A stretch of 64,000 nt of DNA from Oligoflexia bacterium (GCA_903898645.1 CAIUGE010000037.1:2055-66054), one strand, 5' to 3'. Shown: positions 1 through 11,003, numbered from the stretch's first letter. The notes: generated by a model not told the origin, from the sequence alone. Made by a program: numbers and translations.

Positions 1-799
1 ATTTGAGCCAGGTTCAACGATGAAGCCTCTTTTGGCCTTAGGTGCATTGCATGAAGGGTTTCATCTCAATGATCGTTTTTGGGGTGGCAATGGGGCGTTC
101 CGGATTGGACGCCATACAGTAAAAGAGGCAGATGGGCACGCTTTTGGGTGGATTACACTGGAGCGGATGCTTCAGGTTTCAAGCAATATTGTGGCTGCAA
201 AGCTTGCCTTGGCCCTTGGTCCAGACAAAGCGCGGGCCATTGCCTCGCGGTTTGGTTTAGGGCAAAAAACAGGCATCGATTTTCCAGGAGAGTTTGGAGG
301 CAAGATGCCTCGGCAACTTAAGGGGCTCGATCTAGCAAGTTTTGGGTTTGGGTACGGACTCCTTGTGACTCCTTTGCAGATGCTCCGAGCGTTTGCATCA
401 TTTGCCAATGGCGGGTACTTGGTTGAACCGCATTTCCAAAAGAAGGAGACAAAAAAAGAGCGCATCTGGGAGGAAGGTGCAGCCCAAGCGATGGGGAGAG
501 CGTTGAGCATCGGGCCTGATAGCACGGGTATTTTGGCAGCTGTTGATGGTCTCCAAATTGCTGGGAAAACAGGCACCGCACAGATGCTGAGTGATGGGCA
601 TTATTCTCATGATCGGCATATTGCCTCCTTTATAGGTTTTGCTCGAGACACGAGGCCCGTTGTGCTTTTTGTTGCACTAAGTGCGCCACAAGGCGCGTAC
701 TATGCGTCCAAAACGGCAGCACCCTTGTTCCATGAGATCTATGAGAAAATAGCGCTCTCGTTAGGATTGCATGTTGCCAAGCAAGATGCCCATAAATAA
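1..799 (+). CDS. ftsI: Penicillin-binding protein transpeptidase domain, C-terminal part (FtsI/PBP3-like); gene begins upstream of window
   Basis: Reading frame is open from nt 2. SSN (SxN) and KTGT(A) motifs typical of the PBP transpeptidase domain are present. It sits directly upstream of the mur genes. Confidence 0.75.
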   Translation, partial: FEPGSTMKPLLALGALHEGFHLNDRFWGGNGAFRIGRHTVKEADGHAFGWITLERMLQVSSNIVAAKLALALGPDKARAIASRFGLGQKTGIDFPGEFGGKMPRQLKGLDLASFGFGYGLLVTPLQMLRAFASFANGGYLVEPHFQKKETKKERIWEEGAAQAMGRALSIGPDSTGILAAVDGLQIAGKTGTAQMLSDGHYSHDRHIASFIGFARDTRPVVLFVALSAPQGAYYASKTAAPLFHEIYEKIALSLGLHVAKQDAHK

Positions 800-1259
800 A
801 GTTTCATGCTAGCGACCTGGAGAGGTAAGCCTTATGGCAAGGAGACGTTCATTGTGGCAAAGAGAATAAAAGATGAATATAATGATAACGTATGACAAAA
901 ACTAAAGTCCGCCGCATTCTTGAACTTGCTATGCTACGCCATGGTCTACGCATGTCCGATAAACCGCTCATGAGTTTTGACTATGCAATTAAATATCTGC
1001 TCTTAGACTAGGGTGATAAAATCCTTGTATAAAAAATGCAGGCAAATTTGGCAGAGTACCCAATTAAAAATGGAATCCGCTGATGCAAGGAAAGTTCAAA
1101 AACATACTGTAGCTTAGATGCGAAAAGTGGCCACTTCTAGGGTCCTTTCCTCAGTGTGTTTTGCCGCTCTGAGCGATGTTCACATTCTGAAATGCCTGCT
1201 GGCGAATTCGCAAACTCCATAGTAGTGTGACCATGGGTGCGAGAAAAGTTAAGCTTTGG

Positions 1260-1424
1260 TCATTTTCTCTTCGCTTTCTTGGGGGTGAGTGAAAGCTTGC
1301 CAAAGGCCTTCTGGATTTTCATTTTCTCTCGATGCACACGTTCTTGGCGGCGAATTTCTTGAGGAAAAAATTTCATTGCTTTTTCGATTTCTCGAAGCTT
1401 TGCTTTGTGTTCTGCGTCAGTCAT
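1260..1424 (-). CDS. Small basic/charged 54-aa protein (MTDAEHKAKLREIEKAMKFF...KKAKRK). Its start overlaps the stop of the upstream P-loop gene by 4 nt (ATGA)
   Basis: I translated this manually; it is below the ORF-track cutoff. The 4-nt overlap suggests translational coupling with the 1421..2044 ORF. No homology was recognised. Confidence 0.35.
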   Translation of the reverse strand: MTDAEHKAKLREIEKAMKFFPQEIRRQERVHREKMKIQKAFGKLSLTPKKAKRK

Positions 1425-2044
1425 GGAATTTCTGCCTTTAAAAAAGATGAAACAAATTCTTGCTGTTTGTGCGGGCTAAGATTTTCGAAATCGGCATTAT
1501 TTTGAATAGATTGAGGTTTTGTTCCAGAGTTATCAAAAATATACCAGTTCGTACAAAGAGGTCTATAAAGAGTCCAGAAATTATCAAAGCAACGAGGGTG
1601 ACGACGATGAACTGCTTCAGCTGGAATTGAATGCCCGCCTAGCTGCACTCGGTTCTTGATTCGTTGTAGATTTTTTTTAATGGAACTGAGGTACAGGAAA
1701 TAGATCGTCACTTGGTACCCTTGGTCGGTAGCGTTTTTGAGGATTTTCGTCCACGTTCTGCCGGATAACGTGGATTCAAAGGCAAAACTGTCTCCTCGGG
1801 CAATTATCGATTGCACTTTCTGAATGAGTATTCTTCCAGCATAAAATGATGCTTCTTCAGAGCTAAGAAGGCCTATGCCAGATGCAATAATGTTTGGGTT
1901 AAGGTAGGCGTTCTTACCAAGTTTTTTCATGAGGTACGTATTGGCGAAGGACGTTTTTCCGCTGCCGTTGGGGCCAGCTACAATTTCAATAACTTTACTG
2001 GTAACGAGAGAGGGAGGGCTTAGGGCTTCTAGTTTAATGTCCAA
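1421..2044 (-). CDS. P-loop NTPase/kinase-like protein of the zeta-toxin / AAA_33 type
   Basis: N-terminal Walker A motif AGPNGSGKTS is present. It is about 200 aa long with a hhhhD-like Walker B (DSFAFES). Family assignment is by eye only. Confidence 0.4.
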   Translation of the reverse strand: MDIKLEALSPPSLVTSKVIEIVAGPNGSGKTSFANTYLMKKLGKNAYLNPNIIASGIGLLSSEEASFYAGRILIQKVQSIIARGDSFAFESTLSGRTWTKILKNATDQGYQVTIYFLYLSSIKKNLQRIKNRVQLGGHSIPAEAVHRRHPRCFDNFWTLYRPLCTNWYIFDNSGTKPQSIQNNADFENLSPHKQQEFVSSFLKAEIP

Positions 2045-2809
2045 GATTTTAGGTTTATTTTTTTTGGAGCTTTGTTTGATAGGAACCTCAGGTCTGGAGG
2101 CTTATGTGGTGCGGGCAATTGATTGCGCCATGCCCGCAAACCCTGTCAGATGTGCCTACCGGAGCCCTCCTGTTTCCATCTGTCAGCCTGGTCTCCAATA
2201 TACCTGAACCGTTACAATGAATCCACTTTTTCTGTCCGCCGGTAGTCTAAGATTTGTTATCGCCATATAAGTACGGTATTACAGGGCGAAGGGTGGACAA
2301 TGTCTATGAAGCAACAAAATAAGTGATCTCAAGTTTGATCCCGTTCGCACTCAGCGAGTTCGGGCTGAGGCTGTAAAAGCGACCAAGGTAAAAATCACCA
2401 TTAACGTTGCCTGTGCCAGTCTTGATGCTGTCCATAACTTGGCAGCTGGTATGGGCGCTTCTTATACCAAAAGCTGCTGAACCATATTTTGCGAGATGGT
2501 CTTCAGAAGCGGCAGGATATCGATACAAGGATAGAAAAGATCGAGCGTGACATTGAGGTCTTGAAGAAGCGTTAAGCTATTTCTTTATTATTGCTTCAAG
2601 GACGATCTTTACTCCCTCAATGTCGACCATCCGTCCAGTGAAGGGGGCCTCCTCGAAGACCTCGACATTCTTTATGGGCTGCATCATGACCATCTTATAA
2701 TCGTCGCTGGCAGGGTCTCCTTTCGTCCAGCCAGGTTTGTTATTTAGAAAATAAGCCCTTTTGTGAGAACGTCGTTCACTTGCCAGGCGAGATACGCTAG
2801 GAGCTTTAT

Positions 2810-4231
2810 ATGGAACTTGTCGACCTTATTGCAGCTGTTCAGGATCATGTGCTGGCCTCTGCTATTCAACCTTGTGTGGTGACAGCTATTGGGCGTCATG
2901 CACAGAGCCTTGAGCAAGGTGCACTCTATGTTGCGTTGCATGGCACGCAAAATGATGGGCATAGGTACTGCGAGGAGGCATATGCCCATGGGGCATGCGC
3001 TGTGGTGATTGACGATCCTGAACTTTTTGAAAAACTGGTGGGACCGCGTATTCTGGTAGATGACACTGCTTTTGTCTATGGATGGCTTGCAAGTGCTTTT
3101 TTTGGCTACCCGAGTCGTTATATGCAGATGGTTGGTATTACAGGGACAAGCGGGAAGACAACAACAGCCCTGTTGGTGCAATCTATTATGCAGCCGAATG
3201 CGGGATGCATTGGTACGCTGGGTATCAGCTATGGGGACGAAATAATTGCTTCAAGTCATACGACACCAGATGCGTATGAGTTGCAGGGTGTGTTGGCGAG
3301 GATGCTGAGGGCTGGTTGCCGGGCTGTTGTGATGGAGGTATCGTCACATGCTTTGGTTCAAAGGCGACTTGACGGGACGTTTTTTGACGGCATGCTTTTT
3401 CTTAACCTTTCACCGGAGCATTTAGACTACCACACATCGATGGAGGAGTATTTTGAGGCCAAGGCTCTTTTGATGACGCGCTACCGTGAGCAGGCTGAGA
3501 AAGTGGGCAAGAAGCCATGTATTGTGCTTGAGTCAGGCTTTTATGGGCAAAAGCTTATGGCACGTACGCCAGGTGCAGTTTTTTTTGATGCCTCCTTTTT
3601 GCGGGGGGGTGAGGCAATTACGGGTGAGTATCTTGGTATTTCCATTCAAAGCTCTTTGGTGGGGCAGTTTCATGCCGCAAATATTGCAGCTGCGGTCAGG
3701 TTGATGCATGCATTGGGATACTCAAATGATGCGATTAGTCGAGGCATTGGAGCCTGTCAAGTGATCCCAGGTAGGCTGGATGAAGTTCATGAGGCGCGTC
3801 CCTATGGGGGGCGTGTTTTTATTGATTATGCACATAAGCCAGATGCACTTGAGAAAGTACTCATCGCTGTTAGGGCTTTGGAGCCTACGAAAAAACTTGG
3901 TGTTGTTTTTGGTTGTGGAGGCAATCGAGATACCAAAAAACGCCCTCTTATGGGCGCTATTGCAAGCAGGCTTGCAGATTGGGTCATAGTGACCTCAGAT
4001 AACCCACGCAATGAGTCGCCTGAGGCAATCATTGCAGCAATCATGGTAGGTGCATATAGCGCACGTGCTGTGAGTGACAGGCGAGAGGCGATCTGTGCCG
4101 CACTTGATCTGCTGCCGGGAGCGTGTATTGTGATCGCTGGCAAAGGACATGAAGAAGTTCAAATTTTCGGCAATCAGGAAGTGCCTTTTTCAGATAAGCA
4201 GGTCGTGCTTGAGTATTTGAAAAAATGTTGA
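2810..4231 (+). CDS. murE: UDP-N-acetylmuramoyl-L-alanyl-D-glutamate--2,6-diaminopimelate ligase
   Basis: Mur ligase P-loop [11 protein letters not shown] is present, with the C-terminal Mur ligase domain. It lies in the dcw gene order before mraY. Confidence 0.9.
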   Translation: MELVDLIAAVQDHVLASAIQPCVVTAIGRHAQSLEQGALYVALHGTQNDGHRYCEEAYAHGACAVVIDDPELFEKLVGPRILVDDTAFVYGWLASAFFGYPSRYMQMVGITGTSGKTTTALLVQSIMQPNAGCIGTLGISYGDEIIASSHTTPDAYELQGVLARMLRAGCRAVVMEVSSHALVQRRLDGTFFDGMLFLNLSPEHLDYHTSMEEYFEAKALLMTRYREQAEKVGKKPCIVLESGFYGQKLMARTPGAVFFDASFLRGGEAITGEYLGISIQSSLVGQFHAANIAAAVRLMHALGYSNDAISRGIGACQVIPGRLDEVHEARPYGGRVFIDYAHKPDALEKVLIAVRALEPTKKLGVVFGCGGNRDTKKRPLMGAIASRLADWVIVTSDNPRNESPEAIIAAIMVGAYSARAVSDRREAICAALDLLPGACIVIAGKGHEEVQIFGNQEVPFSDKQVVLEYLKKC

Positions 4232-4235
4232 CAGC

Positions 4236-5333
4236 TTGCTTCCAGTCTCTGTAGCATTCAGTATGTTTTTGGCTCTTCTCTCACATTGGCACGGGTTTGT
4301 TGGCGCTTTTAACGTTTTTAAATACATCACATTTCGTACTTTTGGCGCGAGCATCACAAGTGTACTGATTGCTATGTGTGCGGGGCCTGCCTACATTAGG
4401 CTATTGAAGGTAAGGCAAATCGGTCAGCATATCAGGGATGATGGGCCGCAGAGCCATTTATCCAAAAAAGGCACACCGACCATGGGCGGGGGGCTTATCC
4501 TCGGTGCGGTTATGCTGTCGTCTTTGCTCTGGGCAGATCTAGGGAATCACAACATTCTTTTGACGCTTGCAGTTACTCTTGTCTTTGGCTGTATTGGCTA
4601 CCTGGATGATGCTAGGAAGGTGCAGGGGAAGCAGTCGCAGGGATTGACTAGTCGTCAAAAATTTCTCGCTCAATGTGCATGTGGTTTGCTGGCAGGCTTA
4701 GTGCTGTATCAGTATCACGATCCAAGTCTCCGGTTCCCGTTCTTTAAAGATTTATCCTGTCATTTGGGTGTTTGGTATGTCGTTATGGCGGCTTTTGTCA
4801 TTGTGGGCGCGTCTAATGGTGTCAATCTGACTGATGGGCTTGATGGGCTTGCGGTTGGACCATGTACGACAACGTTTGCAACATTTGCTATTCTCACCTA
4901 CTGTGCTGGGCATAGTAAGATAGCAGAGTATCTTCAGATACCGTATGTACCAGGTTGTGGGGAGCTAGCCGTTATATGTGGTGCATTTGCTGCAGCATGT
5001 CTTGGATTTTTGTGGTTTAATACGTACCCTGCACAGGTTTTTATGGGTGATGTAGGTTCTTTAGCTTTGGGTGCTGCTTTGGGATGTGTAGCAATTATCT
5101 CGAAAAATGAAATAGTCCTTGCGCTTTGTGGGGGCATTTTTGTAATGGAGACACTATCTGTGATCGCGCAAGTCGTATCATTTAAAATGACGGGGAAGCG
5201 AGTCTTTCGTATGGCTCCGATCCACCACCATTTTGAGCTCAAAGGGTGGGCGGAACCTAAGGTCATTGTACGCTTTTGGATTATTTCCATTTTGCTGGCG
5301 CTTGTCACCTTATCAACCCTTAAACTACGATAA
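4236..5333 (+). CDS. mraY: Phospho-N-acetylmuramoyl-pentapeptide transferase
   Basis: Multi-TM protein with the conserved [11 protein letters not shown]-terminus and HHHFELKGW motif. Confidence 0.9.
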   Translation: MLPVSVAFSMFLALLSHWHGFVGAFNVFKYITFRTFGASITSVLIAMCAGPAYIRLLKVRQIGQHIRDDGPQSHLSKKGTPTMGGGLILGAVMLSSLLWADLGNHNILLTLAVTLVFGCIGYLDDARKVQGKQSQGLTSRQKFLAQCACGLLAGLVLYQYHDPSLRFPFFKDLSCHLGVWYVVMAAFVIVGASNGVNLTDGLDGLAVGPCTTTFATFAILTYCAGHSKIAEYLQIPYVPGCGELAVICGAFAAACLGFLWFNTYPAQVFMGDVGSLALGAALGCVAIISKNEIVLALCGGIFVMETLSVIAQVVSFKMTGKRVFRMAPIHHHFELKGWAEPKVIVRFWIISILLALVTLSTLKLR

Positions 5334-5346
5334 AGGAGGAGGATGC

Positions 5347-6717
5347 ATGACGGTGATTCCAGAGAACAGAACAGAGCTCCATGTGACTATCCTCGGCTTT
5401 GGTGACAGTGGTCAGGCGCTTGCACGTTATTTTTGCCAGCAGAGGAAGAAAACCAGCATCACCATACGTGTGCTTGATACGAAGCCACGTGAGCAGTTTG
5501 AAGTCATTGACCCATTGATCCAGTTTGAGGGCGGTCCTTTTGAGGGTAAAACCTGTGTGCCAACGGATAGGCTTTTTGTGAGCCCGGGCATCCCGTTGTC
5601 TATTCCGCTGGTCGTTGAGGCGCGTGCTGCAGGAATTCCTATTTCAAGCGATTTTGACCTAGGTCTTGAAAAGACACGTGAACCTTATATTGCCATTACA
5701 GGTACCAACGGGAAAACAACGACGACAAGTCTGATCAAGTACTGTCTTGAGGCAAATGGGACAAAAGTTTGGGTAGGGGGGAATATTGGGACTCCTTTGG
5801 CGGAATTTCTTATAAAGCCACAGAAGGGTGCAACACTTATCCTGGAGGCCTCAAGTTTTCAGCTGGAGATCGTACCTGTGCGGCCACCTAAAGTGGCTGT
5901 TTTCTTGCCTATTGAAGAAGATCACCTTGATCGTTATGAGAATTTTGAGGCTTACCAGGCAGCAAAGAAAAACCTGATGCTTGCGTCAGATAAAAAAACG
6001 ATTGGTGTTTTTGCGCTTGATTGCCCGATTGTTTCTAGCTGGATTGCTCAGTTCCCTGGGCATGTTTTTGGTTTTACTCATGGTAGTGATGAGTATCCAG
6101 GCGTTGAATTTCTTGTGCAGATTATCGATAAAAGCCTCGTCCTTTGGGAAAAGGGAAAGAAGGTGATACTTGATTTGAGTCACTACCGACCATTTGGTGA
6201 GCATAATAAGGAGAACCTGGCGGCCGCTGTCTGTGCTGCGAGGGCCTGCGGGGCGAGTCTCTCTGCATGTGAGAAAGTTATTGCGGAGTTTCCTGGTCTG
6301 CCTCACCGCCTTGAGTTTGTGCGCAAGAAAGAGGGCGTCTATTTTATCAATGATTCCAAAGGGACGAACCCCGGGAGTACAATCCGTGCACTCCAGTCAT
6401 TTCCTCACAATCAGATCATACTGATTGCGGGAGGGAAGGACAAAGGAAGTGATTTTTCTCTGCTTGCAAGTCTTGTTTCGACGCGCTGCAAGGTGCTTGT
6501 TCTTTTGGGTGAAGCGAAAGAAAAAATGAACCGTGCTTTGGGCGATCTGGCAGAAACTTACGTGGTTGGGACTTTTAAGGAAGCTGTCCTCCTTGCCTAC
6601 CAGAAATCTCGGCGAGGAGATATCGTCCTGCTATCGCCTGGATGCGCAAGCTTTGATATGTTTCGTAACTATGAAGAGCGAGGCGAGTGTTTTAAAAAAT
6701 TGGTGGCAGAGCTCTAA
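5347..6717 (+). CDS. murD: UDP-N-acetylmuramoylalanine--D-glutamate ligase
   Basis: GTNGKTTTTSL P-loop and LEFV...INDSKGTN region are present. An in-frame ATG at 5347 is preceded by AGGAGG. The track ORF begins earlier at 5233 and overlaps mraY. Confidence 0.88.
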   Translation: MTVIPENRTELHVTILGFGDSGQALARYFCQQRKKTSITIRVLDTKPREQFEVIDPLIQFEGGPFEGKTCVPTDRLFVSPGIPLSIPLVVEARAAGIPISSDFDLGLEKTREPYIAITGTNGKTTTTSLIKYCLEANGTKVWVGGNIGTPLAEFLIKPQKGATLILEASSFQLEIVPVRPPKVAVFLPIEEDHLDRYENFEAYQAAKKNLMLASDKKTIGVFALDCPIVSSWIAQFPGHVFGFTHGSDEYPGVEFLVQIIDKSLVLWEKGKKVILDLSHYRPFGEHNKENLAAAVCAARACGASLSACEKVIAEFPGLPHRLEFVRKKEGVYFINDSKGTNPGSTIRALQSFPHNQIILIAGGKDKGSDFSLLASLVSTRCKVLVLLGEAKEKMNRALGDLAETYVVGTFKEAVLLAYQKSRRGDIVLLSPGCASFDMFRNYEERGECFKKLVAEL

Positions 6718-7792
6718 ACGATTTGACATCCTTTTTGTTATTCTTGTCATAGGGATGACGCTTTTTGGGCTCCTGATGGTCTATAGTGCCTCTTTTATCT
6801 GGGCTGATGAGAAGGCTCAAGATGGCTATTTCTATATCCGTCGGCAGGCATGGAATGCGATTTGTGGGCTCGCGGGCTTTTTTGCTCTGTCACGCGTGCC
6901 ATTTCGGTTCTTTCGCCTAGGCGCACTGCCTTTTTTTCTTTTCAGTACGGGTCTTCTTGCAGCTGTCTTTATCCCAGGTATTGGTGTTTCGGCAGGTGGG
7001 GCCAGGAGATGGATCCATCTGGGGGTACACTTTCAGCCATCGGAATGCGTGAAAGTTGCGAGTGTTCTTTATGCGGCCTATTTTTTAAGTGCACGCAAGT
7101 ATCTCTGGGTCTTGGGATTTTTGCCGGTCATAGGTCTTCTTATGGTGCAGCCTGACTTTGGATCTATCGTCCAACTAGGCGTTGTCCTTATGATCATGTT
7201 TTTTGTCTCTGGAGTACCTCTTCGTTACTTCCTCGCGTACGCCACTGTGGGGGGTATTTTAGGGGGTGTGCTTGCTGTTGCAAAGCAATATAGACGTGCG
7301 CGACTGATTGCCTTTCTTGATCCTTGGCGTGACCCAGGCGGCAAGGGTTTTCAAATTCTCCAGTCCTATCTTGGGCTTTATAATGGGGGCCTGTTTGGTT
7401 TGGGTCTTGGGAATTCTAAGCAAAAACTCTTCTTCTTGCCTGAAGCGCATAATGACTTTCTGGGTGCAATTATCGCTGAAGAGCTTGGTTTTGTCGGGCT
7501 TCTTGTTATTGATAGTGCCTATGTTCTTTTTGTGCTCTGTGGGTGCTTTTTTGGAGCGCGCCTCCTCCAGACACATCGAGAAAAGGATCGGCATTTTGGA
7601 TTTTTAGTGGCTATAGGTATCGCCTCTCTTATTGGATTTCGAGGGTTCTTTAATCTTGCTGTTATCGTTGGCCTCGTTCCAACCAAGGGATTGACTTTGC
7701 CCCTTTTGAGTTATGGTGGTTCTTCTTTGTGTCTCGATCTGCTAGCATTGGGGGTTTTGTGGAATATAGCTCGAATATCAAGAAAGTGTTGA
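6671..7792 (+). CDS. ftsW: SEDS-family peptidoglycan glycosyltransferase FtsW
   Basis: Polytopic membrane protein with FtsW/RodA motifs (e.g. PDFGS, LPEAHNDF). Start is uncertain; the track ORF from 6533 overlaps murD. Confidence 0.85.
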   Translation: MKSEASVLKNWWQSSKRFDILFVILVIGMTLFGLLMVYSASFIWADEKAQDGYFYIRRQAWNAICGLAGFFALSRVPFRFFRLGALPFFLFSTGLLAAVFIPGIGVSAGGARRWIHLGVHFQPSECVKVASVLYAAYFLSARKYLWVLGFLPVIGLLMVQPDFGSIVQLGVVLMIMFFVSGVPLRYFLAYATVGGILGGVLAVAKQYRRARLIAFLDPWRDPGGKGFQILQSYLGLYNGGLFGLGLGNSKQKLFFLPEAHNDFLGAIIAEELGFVGLLVIDSAYVLFVLCGCFFGARLLQTHREKDRHFGFLVAIGIASLIGFRGFFNLAVIVGLVPTKGLTLPLLSYGGSSLCLDLLALGVLWNIARISRKC

Positions 7793-8742
7793 TTGCAGGT
7801 GGTGGTACGGGGGGGCATCTTTTTGCAGCCCTTGCAATTGCTGATCATATGAAAGCCCAGGGCGTCGAGGTTGTGCTAGTAGGTGCATCGCGAGGTATAA
7901 AAAATGGATTCCAATCCTATAGTTTAGCCATAGGGCCGATGAACCGTGTTTCATTGAAGCAAAAGCTCAATACTCTTTTTGTGAAATTACCCTACGCGCT
8001 CATCCAAGCAGCTCGAATTTTTCTCCATGAGAGGCCTGATGCTGTACTTGGTGTCGGGGGCTATGCGTCCTTTCCTTGTCTTTTGATCGGCATTTTGCTG
8101 CGGAAAAAAAGTGCAGTCCTTGAGCAAAATAGGTGCATGGGGATGGCTAATAGGACCCTAGCACGCTTCGTTGACTGTGTGTTTGCCTCGTTTCCCGATG
8201 TGCCCGGGACTATCTGGACTGGTAATCCAGTGCGATCGACGATACATCCACTGCCGTCATCAACAGGGCGTACGCTCCTCATACTTGGAGGGAGTCAGGG
8301 CGCGAGGGGTCTGAATGCGATGATTCTGCGACTTCTGCCAAAACTGACTGGATGGCATATTATGCACCAGACAGGGCGTGATGCCGTCACAAGAGAAAAC
8401 TATGAGGCGTTACCTTTTTTTGATAACATGCAGGAGCGTTATGCTGCGGCAACGATTGTGATTTCACGCGCTGGTGCATCAACTATTTTTGAGCTTGCGC
8501 GTGTTGGGCGGGCAGCTATCTTAGTGCCTCTTCCAACTGCAGCTGATAATCATCAAGAAGCAAATGCTCTTTATTTAGTTGAAAAAGGAGCTGCAAAGCT
8601 TGTGCATCAAGACGATGATGAGGCTTTACTGCAGGCTTTAGACGCGCTTACTGACGATACATGTCGTCAGGTTATGGAGCAGCATATAAGGCAACTTGAT
8701 GGGCAGGCTGAGGCAGCTATTTTTAAAGGACTTTTTTTATGA
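7729..8742 (+). CDS. murG: UDP-GlcNAc:undecaprenyl-PP-MurNAc-pentapeptide GlcNAc transferase
   Basis: VLIAGGGTGGHLFAALA N-terminal motif is present. The true start may be the GTG near 7783. Confidence 0.88.
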   Translation: MSRSASIGGFVEYSSNIKKVLIAGGGTGGHLFAALAIADHMKAQGVEVVLVGASRGIKNGFQSYSLAIGPMNRVSLKQKLNTLFVKLPYALIQAARIFLHERPDAVLGVGGYASFPCLLIGILLRKKSAVLEQNRCMGMANRTLARFVDCVFASFPDVPGTIWTGNPVRSTIHPLPSSTGRTLLILGGSQGARGLNAMILRLLPKLTGWHIMHQTGRDAVTRENYEALPFFDNMQERYAAATIVISRAGASTIFELARVGRAAILVPLPTAADNHQEANALYLVEKGAAKLVHQDDDEALLQALDALTDDTCRQVMEQHIRQLDGQAEAAIFKGLFL

Positions 8743-10118
8743 ACATTGCTCCCCATAAAACCAGGCACAAAGTTTTGCATTTTGTCGGTGTTGGCGGCAT
8801 CGGTATGAGTGGTATTGCGGAACTTTTTTTTACCCAAGGGTTCCATGTCACAGGGTCAGATCTGCATCAAAGTGAGGTGACAGACCGTTTATGTCGGCTT
8901 GGTATTGAAGTGTCTATTGGTCATGCAGCCCATCTTGTGCATGGTGCAGATGTTGTTGTTGTATCTTCGGCTATTGTGCCCAACCATGTTGAGTTGGAAG
9001 AAGCGCGTCGATTACGTATTCCTCTTATTTCACGAGCTGAAATGCTTGCTGAGCTGATGCGAATGCGTGTAGGTATTGGTATTGCAGGCAGCCACGGCAA
9101 AACAACAACAACATCAATGCTAGCAACTATCCTGAACCATGCGGGCTGTGATCCCACGCTTGTTATTGGCGGTTGTGTCAATAGTCTGGGTGGGAAAAAT
9201 GCGCATTTAGGTGCAGGTGAGTACCTGGTCGCTGAAGCAGACGAGAGCGACGGGTCTTTTCTTGCATTGCCATGCACCTATGCGATTGTAACAAATATTG
9301 ATAATGACCACCTTGATCACTATGGCAGTATTTCGGCGCTTGATGCTGCTTTTGTCAATTTTGTAGGCAGGCTTCCTTTTTACGGTGTAGCTGCTGTCTG
9401 TGGTGATGATTTGGGTATTAAACGTTCCTTGGACCAGTTCCGCCGCAAAGTACGTACCTTTGGTTTGCATGCTGGTAATGATGTGACTGTTAGTCGTATG
9501 GAGCTGCAAGGACTAGGGTCTCGCTTCTGGCTCAAAGACGGAAGCGCTTTTCAGCTCCAAGTGCCAGGTGTCCATAATGTGCTCAATGCTTTGGGTGCCA
9601 TCACGCTTGCCTATGAGCTTGGTATTGGCCCCGATGTTATGTCCCAGGCTTTAGCTTCTTTTCAAGGAGTCACAAGGCGTTTTGAGATCAAGTGGGCATC
9701 TCAAACACAAGTCATTGTTGATGATTACGGGCATCACCCCACAGAAATAGCTGCAACGCTTAAAGCTGCGCGTACTTACTGGCAGGGACGTATTATTTGT
9801 ATTTTTCAACCCCACCGTTATTCTCGCACTGTGCATTGTCATGACGGGTTTCTCTATGCCTTTGCTGAGAGTGATATTGTGTATGTGACTGACATCTATG
9901 CTGCAGGAGAAAAAAGCATCCCTGGAGTCAGCGCTGAGTATCTCGTGCAGGAAATGCGACGAGTTGCGCGGCCCCACCAGCAGATTATTTACGGAGGCTC
10001 CCTTGAGGATGTGCATCACTATATCGATGTGCTCTTTGCACCAGGCGATATGATTCTCTGTCAAGGAGCTGGTTCTATTACGTCCTTAGCTACGCAGTTG
10101 GCAAAGCAATGCAGTTAG
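8739..10118 (+). CDS. murC: UDP-N-acetylmuramate--L-alanine ligase; no fused Ddl domain
   Basis: GIAGSHGKTTTTSM P-loop is present. The 459-aa length corresponds to MurC only. Confidence 0.9.
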   Translation: MNIAPHKTRHKVLHFVGVGGIGMSGIAELFFTQGFHVTGSDLHQSEVTDRLCRLGIEVSIGHAAHLVHGADVVVVSSAIVPNHVELEEARRLRIPLISRAEMLAELMRMRVGIGIAGSHGKTTTTSMLATILNHAGCDPTLVIGGCVNSLGGKNAHLGAGEYLVAEADESDGSFLALPCTYAIVTNIDNDHLDHYGSISALDAAFVNFVGRLPFYGVAAVCGDDLGIKRSLDQFRRKVRTFGLHAGNDVTVSRMELQGLGSRFWLKDGSAFQLQVPGVHNVLNALGAITLAYELGIGPDVMSQALASFQGVTRRFEIKWASQTQVIVDDYGHHPTEIAATLKAARTYWQGRIICIFQPHRYSRTVHCHDGFLYAFAESDIVYVTDIYAAGEKSIPGVSAEYLVQEMRRVARPHQQIIYGGSLEDVHHYIDVLFAPGDMILCQGAGSITSLATQLAKQCS

Positions 10119-10951
10119 CCCGTATTACCTACGTGAAAATAGGAGGGCCTGCAGATCATTTTTGTGCGCCCCGTTCCCTTGCTGAATTGCAGAATATTGA
10201 TCATCCTCATGTCTTTATTCTTGGTGCAGGCTCCAACCTTTTAGTCGCTGATAGTGGCTTTCGTGGATGCGTGATTAGTATGGAGCATTTTGTAAAAATC
10301 CATCTTGCAGGCCTGCTCTATGTAGGTGCAGGTATGCGCCTTTTCCCTCTTCTTCGTTACTGTCAGCAACAGGGGTTGTCTGGGCTCGAGTGCCTTGCGG
10401 GTATTCCTGGCTCTCTTGGTGGAGCGCTTGCTATGAATGCAGGCACAAGTCAGGGTTCTATATCAAGCTGTGTTGAGAGCATTGAGCTCTACTCTTTTTC
10501 TAGCAGAAAAGTCATCCGAATGCCGGTCTCTTCAGAGCATTTCAGTTACCGCGCGAATCATTTTCTGACGCCTGATACTGTGATTCTTGGTGCCTATTTT
10601 AAATACACGCCTGATGCGGTAGATGCCATTCAGTCAAAGATTATGCACGCACTTGAAAAAAGAAAAGCATCTCAGCCTGTATCTCAGCTCTCATTTGGGA
10701 GTGTCTTTAAGAATCCTCCTGGCGAATCTGCCTGGCAGGTCATCGAAAATATCGGTCTGCGTGGCTACAAAATAGGTGATGCGCAGTTTTCAGAAAAACA
10801 CGCAAATTTTATCATTAATCATGGGCATGCCCGCGCCCAGGATGTCAAAGCTCTGATTGAGCTTGCGCAGCAACGTGCCCTCGCTTTGGGGATTGCCCTG
10901 CAGACAGAAGTAGTGATGCTGGGGTTTGATTCAGGTAGACAAAGTCTGTAA
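10109..10951 (+). CDS. murB: UDP-N-acetylenolpyruvoylglucosamine reductase
   Basis: FAD-binding N-terminus (GGPADHF, GAGSNLLV) and the MurB C-terminal domain are present. Confidence 0.85.
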   Translation: MQLARITYVKIGGPADHFCAPRSLAELQNIDHPHVFILGAGSNLLVADSGFRGCVISMEHFVKIHLAGLLYVGAGMRLFPLLRYCQQQGLSGLECLAGIPGSLGGALAMNAGTSQGSISSCVESIELYSFSSRKVIRMPVSSEHFSYRANHFLTPDTVILGAYFKYTPDAVDAIQSKIMHALEKRKASQPVSQLSFGSVFKNPPGESAWQVIENIGLRGYKIGDAQFSEKHANFIINHGHARAQDVKALIELAQQRALALGIALQTEVVMLGFDSGRQSL

Positions 10952-11003
10952 AAAATGATACACAAGATTTATTTAATGTACCTGGTATCATGAGAGGAAT
11001 GAA

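Noticed and set aside
79-619. ORFs 79..321(+), 172..576(-), 318..581(-) and 398..619(-), all inside the ftsI region
   Set aside because: They overlap the well-supported PBP transpeptidase frame and have odd composition. They are shadow ORFs.
2085-2175. Palindromic stretch gcgggca-N13-tgcccgc, considered as a tRNA or ncRNA
   Set aside because: No cloverleaf can be built, with no T-loop GTTCRANYC and no acceptor pairing. It is a simple hairpin inside a decayed region.
2304-2528. 74-aa minus-strand ORF and a possible plus-strand frame in the ftsI-murE insert
   Set aside because: No start-codon or RBS support and no recognisable motif. The plus frame has no Met. This is probably decayed sequence. 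It is mentioned only as part of the insert.
2744-4143. Antisense and alternative-frame ORFs within murE: 2744..3181(-), 2886..3092(-), 3060..3279(+), 3486..3704(+), 3780..3989(+), 3826..4143(-)
   Set aside because: They lie entirely within the conserved murE frame. Several are Cys/His-rich low-complexity frames typical of GC-rich antisense.
8921-9509. Minus-strand ORFs 8921..9277 and 9207..9509, plus others antisense to murC/murG/murD/ftsW/mraY
   Set aside because: They are antisense to strongly supported Mur ligase and SEDS genes. They are shadow frames.
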